DNA from: Bacteroidota bacterium
GTDB taxonomy: Bacteria > Bacteroidota > Bacteroidia > UKL13-3
Direction of reading: 5' to 3'
DNA length: 64,000 nt
NCBI GenBank assembly: GCA_947453415.1
Contig: CANGGG010000004.1
Location: 3,542 to 67,541 of the forward strand
The number at the start of each line of letters is the position of its first letter. Positions within the stretch are counted from its first letter, which is position 1. The notes below the pieces were generated by a model, which was given only the letters and a program-made list of their open reading frames with translations, ran no database searches and was not told the origin of the DNA. This document shows positions 58,101 to 64,000 of the stretch, one piece after another. A program made the position numbers and the translations under genes.

Positions 58101-59496
58101 ATGTAGAATGAACCTCTAAGCCTGAAAGTGTGGCGGCTGCAGCGGTTTGATAACCTACAAGACCTGTTTGTGCATATAAACTATTTCCCCAAGTAGCAGG
58201 AAAAGGCCCACTTCCTGCTGTTCCCGTAGCCCAATAGTTATTATAATCAATGTCCAAAATTCCTACCATTGCAGTTAGTTGAATTCTAAATCCTGTATGG
58301 AATATACCTGTAGTTCCACCAGTTCTATTATTAATAAATACATTATTTCTACTTACAAAAGTAGCAGCAGTAGAAGTATTTGTTTTAATCAAACAATAGG
58401 AAACAACGCCTCCTGCAGTTCCGCCTGTATGCGTTCCGCCAATTCTAACACTGTTATTTATAATTCTGCAAACTGCAGGGGTAGTTCCTAAAAAATACAA
58501 TCCAAAAACTCCTGAACAAGTTCCGCTACTTTGGGTTAGCGATATAAAATTATTATAACAATTAATTACAGGAACTACTGTTGGTGTTGTTAATGTTGGT
58601 GATATATATATACCATAAATACCAGCTGCAGCAATGGTTTGTAAATCATAAATTCTATTATTTGTAACCGTAGCATTAAATGCATCACAGTTTGCAAGTA
58701 AGTAAAATCCCATTGGATTAGTGCTACTCACGGCATAATTATGATAAACGCTATTTGAATCAAGGGTAAATGATTTTATACCCCCAAAATAACCACCTGC
58801 ATATACGTTATTGTATAAATTATTTGCACGAATAAAAATATTCTCCATAGAATTGGCATACGTAACTGAACCTGATGCATATATTGCATAACGAGTGCCT
58901 GAAACATTACAATATTGAACCGAATCATACATATTACCATTAGTGGCCGCAGATGTTGTGTACCAAATTCCATAAATACTATTAGCTCCAGTACTTGCAT
59001 TACCTACAATATTGCAATATTTTATACTGCCATTTGATGCCCCATTAATATATGAAATTACATGAGAACTTGCCGCATTTACGGTGTGTTGAAATGTTAA
59101 AAATTGGGCTGTTCCAACTCCCATTGGTCGCCCATCAAATGTTATATTATCGGCACCTTGAAGTGTTAATAATGTGGCACCAGATAAAGTACAAGAGATA
59201 ACTTTACTAACTGTTGCTGAATCAGCAGGTCTGATTAAAACAGAAGAATAAGAAGCAATTCCACCATTGCCATTTGAATCCAATGAAATAGCTGCAATTT
59301 CAGTAGTATTTGAATGAACTTTAATTACAATATCACCTTGGTGTGTTCCATTGTTAATATTATCAATGGCAGCTTTTAGTGTAGCGTAACTTCCTGTTGA
59401 AGTGCCAGATGAGGCAACAAGCGAAATCTGTGCGTTTATATTATTTATTGAAACAATGAATAATATAAAGAGAATTGTTTTGTAAATTTTTTCCAT
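55144..59496 (-). CDS. Giant secreted surface protein (1450 aa) with beta-helix-like repeats, a LamG/concanavalin-like domain and a type A T9SS C-terminal sorting domain
   Basis: Signal peptide. Thr/Asn/Gly-rich repeats. LamG_3-like LTLEAWVNKT..FTHAAATYDG..MNIYQNGNLVG..GSIDEIRIWD. C-terminus VIVYPNPITDHLYV..GIYMVNIVSNG..KFVKVK. Confidence 0.8.
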   Translation of the reverse strand: MEKIYKTILFILFIVSINNINAQISLVASSGTSTGSYATLKAAIDNINNGTHQGDIVIKVHSNTTEIAAISLDSNGNGGIASYSSVLIRPADSATVSKVISCTLSGATLLTLQGADNITFDGRPMGVGTAQFLTFQHTVNAASSHVISYINGASNGSIKYCNIVGNASTGANSIYGIWYTTSAATNGNMYDSVQYCNVSGTRYAIYASGSVTYANSMENIFIRANNLYNNVYAGGYFGGIKSFTLDSNSVYHNYAVSSTNPMGFYLLANCDAFNATVTNNRIYDLQTIAAAGIYGIYISPTLTTPTVVPVINCYNNFISLTQSSGTCSGVFGLYFLGTTPAVCRIINNSVRIGGTHTGGTAGGVVSYCLIKTNTSTAATFVSRNNVFINNRTGGTTGIFHTGFRIQLTAMVGILDIDYNNYWATGTAGSGPFPATWGNSLYAQTGLVGYQTAAAATLSGLEVHSTFNNVNFISNTNLALTGTSINNYIVMGCPRSSLVLSDIFGTTRGNPTYRGAHESTPFNNLKDAAVQEVYSLGKLPIPYANPHSVSANIRNTGIDTIFNQKVKLTIAGTNSFIDSLYIDTIAPGLSKTVKFNSFNYVNLGISTATVTVPNDSTNSNNSKVYNQIITTSTYAYADPTIPALGGVGFTGGTGDFVAKFPYTGFNSINQIGVNIFSGGQTIKVGIWDTSSTGGPGSLLWSSPSFTTVTGANTIIVNPPVAVTGSFCVGVIQFNTTNSSFGYQNENPIRSGTFYYTAPTGGTTWTDFGSNNSAFRFMIEPRLQVADDIGLASIDQPCAAVMTGSSAIAPQFKITNYGLNSQSSFIVRSQITGPVNSTTADTLSLFLASGESATINAATLFTPTTPGTYTIKAWTQLTGDLERNNDTITYSFTVVTPSIVNTSSNGLQFSGTQYLQTNGAKTLNITTEKLTLEAWVNKTSNSNDNYIVSKDSTTSISQYSFYISAAGYLVFKLNTTIAVDSVIANVIFPTGVFTHAAATYDGVNMNIYQNGNLVGSKAMFGTIEGNKQPVFIGRSLRTSTGFLVGSIDEIRIWDTCRTALQIRRNMHTRLPNSSNVNLKAYYRLDEISGSYVVDASGNCNAGIINNTPTFLATNFPLGTPNVNNQTISSSGTQAFAGTGINMNIYNQSASNDIYVHRFVDSALVVSPITAPGGVTAVFRNYWLMYRYGAGTMDSANVTFNVVGIVTGANANDFKLFTRANGSSATWTLAKNNANAFSLLGQTVTMGVDSTLFNNQFMIGANNNPLPVQLISFTGNAKNDNANLYWSTASEINNNGFAIERSFDGRNFTEIGFVNGAVNSNQLTNYNFVDANVFLVNKAVFYRLKQVDLNGEFEYSKTISIVNGKDILPQVIVYPNPITDHLYVAIESFENANTQLNITDITGKIIKDVTIHLNAGYNKFAIENLNELTNGIYMVNIVSNGTVIYNNKFVKVK

Positions 59497-59804
59497 AGTA
59501 TTTATTTATTTATACAATGTTAAATTAAAAAAATTACAATTAACTAACATTTTTTAGTTTTTTAAGTAAACTTTTTTCATTACATATAAAGCGAGAACCA
59601 TATTAAATTAAATTTATTTTTTGGATTTTTTAAAAAAAAGATGTCTGCCAGCATAAAAATCACTGTACGACAATACTATAAGTGCTAAATTGTTTCATTT
59701 ATTAAATCTCTAAAAACCATAAAATCAAGTTTTACTATTCTTTATTATTCAAAAAACTTTTACACATTAAATAATATTTAAAAAATAAAGTTTTTATTTG
59801 CTGC

Positions 59805-60185
59805 ATGGATTTGAAAGGAAAAGTAATTTTAAACATGCCTTTAGTTACTGGAGAAGGTAAAAATGGCCAATGGAGTAAACAAGAATTTTTAATTGAAACT
59901 GGCGACCAATATCCTAAAAAGGTAATGTTTGGTTTAATGGGAAATAAAATTGACCAAAATCCTTATAGCATTGGTCAAGAAGTAGTAGTTAGTTTTGATG
60001 CTGAAAGCAGAGAATATAATGGCAGGTATTTTACCAATTTAAATGCTTGGAAAGTTACTCCAGTAAGTTCTACGCCTCCTAACCAACCAACTCAACCAAG
60101 TGCACCACAAAATAATCATAATGATGCACCTACAAACATGTCGTTTAGTAGTGATGAAAGCACTTCAGACGATTTACCATTTTAA
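59805..60185 (+). CDS. DUF3127 family protein (OB-fold-like) with a Pro/Gln-rich acidic tail ending DDLPF
   Basis: GKNGQWSKQEFLIETGDQYPKKVMF..FNAESREYNGRYFTNLNAWK pattern. The tail resembles the SSB C-terminal tip. Confidence 0.65.
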   Translation: MDLKGKVILNMPLVTGEGKNGQWSKQEFLIETGDQYPKKVMFGLMGNKIDQNPYSIGQEVVVSFDAESREYNGRYFTNLNAWKVTPVSSTPPNQPTQPSAPQNNHNDAPTNMSFSSDESTSDDLPF

Positions 60186-60207
60186 TAAATTAAAATAAAA
60201 ATATAGC

Positions 60208-60247
60208 AAAGCCATTGAACATTTTTTGTTCAATGGCTTTTTGTTTT
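60208..60247 (+). terminator. Rho-independent terminator
   Basis: aaagccattgaac atttttt gttcaatggcttt ttgttttt. Confidence 0.8.
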
Positions 60248-60332
60248 TAAAGGTTTACTTTTAACAGCTAAATAAGTATTGCATTTATTTAACAAAAAAA
60301 GTGTTACTTTTTTTTAAATTGCAACCCACTAA

Positions 60333-61577
60333 ATGAAACCAACCGACATAGTAATAATTGGAGCAGGACCAGCGGGTTGCAGTACTTCGCTTTTTTTAGC
60401 AAAAAACAAAATTCCCCATACCATCATTGATAAGGCTATTTTTCCACGCGATAAAGTTTGTGGCGATGCCTTAAGCGGCAAAGTAGTGTATGTAATGAAG
60501 CAGCTGAATCCTGAAATGATTGATGATTACAATAATAACAGTAATCAGTTTATGCCAAGTTGGGGTGTAAAATTTGTTGCGCCAAATGGTAAATCTATTG
60601 ATATTCCTTTTAAATCGGATGTAAGTAAAGAAAAGCATGCACCGGGTTTTATTAGTAAACGCATTGATTTTGATGCCAGTTTATTTAATAAATTAGATAA
60701 AAATTATGCAAATGTTTTAGATGGAACTGAATTATTAGATGTAATTAAAACGAATGATGAAATTACAATTCAACTAAAAAACAACATTGAATCATTTGAA
60801 ATAAAAAATATAAAAATGCTCATAGGAGCGGAAGGCGACCGTTCATTAGTAGCAAAAAAATTATCGGATATAAAAAAAGAAAACGACCATTATTGTGCGG
60901 GTATCAGGGCTTATTATGAAGGTGTAACCGAGCTACATGATCAAAATTTTATTGAGCTTCATTTTTTAGAAGAATTGCTGCCTGGTTATTTTTGGATTTT
61001 TCCTTTGCCAAACGGACAAGCCAATGTTGGCGCGGGAATGTTAAGTTCATCGGTAAGTGCAAAAAAGGTAAATTTAAAGGAAGATATGTTGCGAGCAATT
61101 GCCAATAATCCTAAAATAAAACACCGTTTTGCAAATGCAAAATTGGTAAATAATATTCAAGGTTGGGGATTGCCGTTAGGCAGCAAAAAACGTGTGATTA
61201 GTGGCAATAATTTTCTGCTAACTGGAGATGCAGCAAGTTTAATTGATCCGTTTACAGGCGAAGGAATAGGTAATGCCATGTATAGTGGAATGTTAGCGGC
61301 TGCACACATTCAAAATTGTATTTCACAAAATAATTTTAGTGCTGAATTTAACCAAACATACGACAAAGCTTTTTACGATAGACAGTGGGATGAATTAAAG
61401 TTAAGTCATACCATGCAAAAACTCTGTAAATACCCATGGCTATTTAATTTTGTGGTAAATAAAGCGAATAAAAACAAAGCACTTCGCGAAACAATAAGCT
61501 GCATGTTTGAAGATTTAGATTTGAGAGCAAAGTTGCGAAATCCACTTTTTTATGTAAAATTGCTTATTAATGATTAA
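60333..61577 (+). CDS. Geranylgeranyl reductase family FAD-dependent oxidoreductase
   Basis: VIIGAGPAGCSTSLFLAK dinucleotide motif, CGDALSG and GDAASLIDPFTGEGIGNAM. Confidence 0.85.
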   Translation: MKPTDIVIIGAGPAGCSTSLFLAKNKIPHTIIDKAIFPRDKVCGDALSGKVVYVMKQLNPEMIDDYNNNSNQFMPSWGVKFVAPNGKSIDIPFKSDVSKEKHAPGFISKRIDFDASLFNKLDKNYANVLDGTELLDVIKTNDEITIQLKNNIESFEIKNIKMLIGAEGDRSLVAKKLSDIKKENDHYCAGIRAYYEGVTELHDQNFIELHFLEELLPGYFWIFPLPNGQANVGAGMLSSSVSAKKVNLKEDMLRAIANNPKIKHRFANAKLVNNIQGWGLPLGSKKRVISGNNFLLTGDAASLIDPFTGEGIGNAMYSGMLAAAHIQNCISQNNFSAEFNQTYDKAFYDRQWDELKLSHTMQKLCKYPWLFNFVVNKANKNKALRETISCMFEDLDLRAKLRNPLFYVKLLIND

Positions 61578-61589
61578 TTGATTTTAGAT

Positions 61590-62123
61590 ATGTTCAATCA
61601 AATAAAGAATTTTTTTGGAAAAATTATTTTAGCCAATTTAATAAAAGCTAAAAAAGAAAAACATGCTTTTATGTCATTTGATAAATCCAATGAAATTGGA
61701 ATAATTTATAATGCCGAGGACATGCAAAATGAAAAGAAAGTTCAGCAATTTGCAAATGAATTAAGGAGTGAGGGCAAAAAGGTTTATTTACTTGGTTTTA
61801 TTAACCAAAAAGAAATGCCTTATAAGCGTGTTCCACATATAAGCAGCGAATTATTTTTAAACACCAATCTTACATTTTTTAACTTACCAGATCCTGATAA
61901 AATTGGAAGATTTTTAGACATGAAATTTGATATTTTATTTAATATTTATAATGAAGAAACATTGGCATTGCAAGGCATATCGGTTTTAAGTAAAGCCAAA
62001 TATCAATTAGGAGCTCAAATGAACCTTGCCACCAAATTATTTGACATGACTATAGATACTGGCAGTAATAAAGATTTGTATTTTTTAGCAAAACAAATGG
62101 AGTATTATTTAAAAGTAATTTAA
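61590..62123 (+). CDS. Conserved hypothetical protein
   Basis: ORF starts right after the reductase stop. ATG 61590 (MFNQIKNFF) is preferred over the TTG at 61578. No motifs recognised. Confidence 0.5.
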   Translation: MFNQIKNFFGKIILANLIKAKKEKHAFMSFDKSNEIGIIYNAEDMQNEKKVQQFANELRSEGKKVYLLGFINQKEMPYKRVPHISSELFLNTNLTFFNLPDPDKIGRFLDMKFDILFNIYNEETLALQGISVLSKAKYQLGAQMNLATKLFDMTIDTGSNKDLYFLAKQMEYYLKVI

Positions 62124-62148
62124 AAAAACCATTACAAATAAATTTCTC

Positions 62149-62922
62149 ATGTCGAATAAAGTTAAAGCTTCACTTTTAATATTATTTATTTTTATAAAAT
62201 CAGTAGTATTTGCTCAAAAAAAAGGAGATGATTTTAGCAATAAAATTTTCAATTTTCAATTTATTTATAACGGGCAATTTCCTAGTGGTGATTGGGAAAA
62301 AATGTATGGGGTAAGTCATGGTTTGGGTTTTGGTGTTAATTATAAATCTCAAACAAATTGGTTATTTAGTGCTGAAAGTAGTTTTATGCTTTCCAGTAAT
62401 TTGAAAAATACTGCCGATTTGGTAAATTTAACCAATAGTAATAATTATACTTTTAACGATAATAATGGAACTCCCGCAACCGTTGATTTATCGATGAGAG
62501 GGTTTACTGCTTTTGGTAGAATTGGTAAAATAATTCCGGTAAGTAGGTTCAATAAAAACCATGGTATTTTATTGCAAATTGGTGCGGGTTATTTAATGCA
62601 TTATTTAAATTTTAATATTCCTCAAAATACTGTTGCTCAATTAAATGAAGAGAATCAACGTGGCTATGATAGGTTACATGGTGGACTAGCGACTAATCAG
62701 TTTATTGGATATTATTTTCATTCTGAAAGTAGGCTTTTAAACTTTTATGTTGGATTAGATTTTGCGCAAGCATATACTAAAAATTTACGTGAATATAACT
62801 ACGATACTCACCAATATGATTTGAATTCAAAACAAGATAATTATACGGCATTTCGTTTTGCTTGGATGATTCCCATTTATTTAAGTTCAAAAACAGAAGA
62901 GTTTAACTTTAGAGCTAACTAA
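62149..62922 (+). CDS. Hypothetical outer-membrane-type protein
   Basis: Signal peptide. Aromatic-rich alternating strands and a C-terminal ..FNFRAN. Confidence 0.5.
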   Translation: MSNKVKASLLILFIFIKSVVFAQKKGDDFSNKIFNFQFIYNGQFPSGDWEKMYGVSHGLGFGVNYKSQTNWLFSAESSFMLSSNLKNTADLVNLTNSNNYTFNDNNGTPATVDLSMRGFTAFGRIGKIIPVSRFNKNHGILLQIGAGYLMHYLNFNIPQNTVAQLNEENQRGYDRLHGGLATNQFIGYYFHSESRLLNFYVGLDFAQAYTKNLREYNYDTHQYDLNSKQDNYTAFRFAWMIPIYLSSKTEEFNFRAN

Positions 62923-62927
62923 AAAAT

Positions 62928-64000
62928 ATGTTAAATTATATAGGTTATTTTCTTTATGTAATTAGTATCAATTCTTTTTTTTTATTGCTACAAATCATTG
63001 CTCCTTTTAACAAAAGAGCAAAGCAATTTGTAAATGGCAGAAGAAACATTTTTAGCCATATTTCTCAAGCTTTAAAAGGCGATACAAGGAAATCAATGTG
63101 GTTTCATGTGGCTTCATTAGGCGAATTTGAACAAGCTCGTCCTGTTATTGAAAAATTAAAAATTGAATTTCCAAGCCACAAATATATTGTAACTATTTTT
63201 TCACCTTCGGGTTACGAAATTAGAAAAAATGATTCCGTAGCAGATTTCATTTTTTATTTGCCAAACGATTCTAAGAAAAATGCAAAAAAACTAATTGCTT
63301 TATTGAATCCTGAATTGGCTTTTTGGGTTAAATACGACTTTTGGTTTTTTTACTTAAATGAACTTAAAAAACAAAATATTCCTACTTTTTTAATTGATGC
63401 TAGCTTTCATTCAAAGCAAATTTATTTTAAAAAATATGCTGTTTTTTATAAAAATATTTTATCAAACTTCAACTATATTTTTACTCAAAATAAATTAAGT
63501 AAAACATTGCTTGAAAGCATTGATATTTTAAATGTACAAACTACCGGGGATACAAGATTTGACAGAGTTTATAATGCTTTGCAAATAACTGAAAATGTAG
63601 ATTTGATTAATCAATTTAAAGGTGAAAATTTACTATTAGTATTGGGAAGTAGTTATGAATTAGAAGTTCAATTATTAGCCAATTATTTAGCTAAATACAA
63701 ATCTCAAAAACTTAAAATAATCATTGCGCCACATTTTGTTTTTGAAGATCAATTGTTAGCTATTGAATCAATTTTAACAGAAAAAATTATTAGATTTAGC
63801 AAAGCAAATGCAACTTTAATTGCCAATTACGATTCACTGCTGATAGACAATATTGGCATGCTGAGTAAAATATACAAATATGCTGATATTTCATTTATAG
63901 GAGGAGGATTTAAACCAAAAGGATTGCATAATATTTTAGAAGCAGCTACTTTTGGAAATGCAATAATTTTTGGCAATGAGTTAGATTATTTTCCAGAAGC
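62928..64000 (+). CDS. waaA: 3-deoxy-D-manno-octulosonic acid (Kdo) transferase, 5' part (runs off the right edge)
   Basis: Not in the ORF track because no stop lies in the window. Hand translation is open to the edge. WFHVASLGEFEQARPVIEKLK, TGDTRFD and GGGF..KGLHNILEAATFG motifs. Confidence 0.85.
   Translation, partial: MLNYIGYFLYVISINSFFLLLQIIAPFNKRAKQFVNGRRNIFSHISQALKGDTRKSMWFHVASLGEFEQARPVIEKLKIEFPSHKYIVTIFSPSGYEIRKNDSVADFIFYLPNDSKKNAKKLIALLNPELAFWVKYDFWFFYLNELKKQNIPTFLIDASFHSKQIYFKKYAVFYKNILSNFNYIFTQNKLSKTLLESIDILNVQTTGDTRFDRVYNALQITENVDLINQFKGENLLLVLGSSYELEVQLLANYLAKYKSQKLKIIIAPHFVFEDQLLAIESILTEKIIRFSKANATLIANYDSLLIDNIGMLSKIYKYADISFIGGGFKPKGLHNILEAATFGNAIIFGNELDYFPE

Noticed and set aside
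1-64000. Mobile element, prophage, CRISPR-Cas or canonical defence island anywhere in the window
   Set aside because: I recognised no integrase, transposase, recombinase, Cas, restriction-modification or phage structural motifs in any ORF. I also found no long terminal inverted or direct repeats bracketing a gene block.

Overview
AT-rich chromosomal segment that looks like Bacteroidota. The evidence is several type A T9SS C-terminal sorting domains, a 287-aa RpoD, exact TAnnTTTG -7 boxes, a CarboxypepD_reg-type TonB-dependent receptor, and DUF2874/DUF3127-type genes. I support about 50 protein genes. Two are truncated by the window edges and are absent from the ORF track: 1..1899 (-) and 62928..64000 (+). 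One 50-codon gene is also missing from the track.

Content is mostly housekeeping: rpsO-pnp, infB, acs, slyD, uvrC, fbaB, accD, rpoD and partial waaA. Interleaved are envelope and transport genes: an OmpR-type two-component system with TolC/MFP/CzcA-type RND efflux, a TonB-dependent receptor, a MacB-type ABC pair with TonB, an MFS sugar transporter, and large T9SS cargo proteins. I recognise no rRNA, tRNA, CRISPR array, integrase, transposase or prophage genes, so there is no obvious mobile or defence island.

The less ordinary items are:
- a DUF1800-DUF1501 pair whose DUF1501 member carries both a twin-arginine signal and a T9SS sorting domain;
- a tightly coupled 50-aa ORF plus minimal nucleotidyltransferase, which looks toxin-antitoxin-like;
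- a stand-alone Cys-cluster domain that I recall as the N-terminal module of long RluA-type pseudouridine synthases;
- a set of GC-richer REP-like palindromes in intergenic regions;
- a codon-diversified tandem peptide repeat inside IF-2;
- -7 boxes that abut start codons, implying leaderless or near-leaderless mRNAs.

All functional calls come from motif recognition by eye. No searches or statistics were run.
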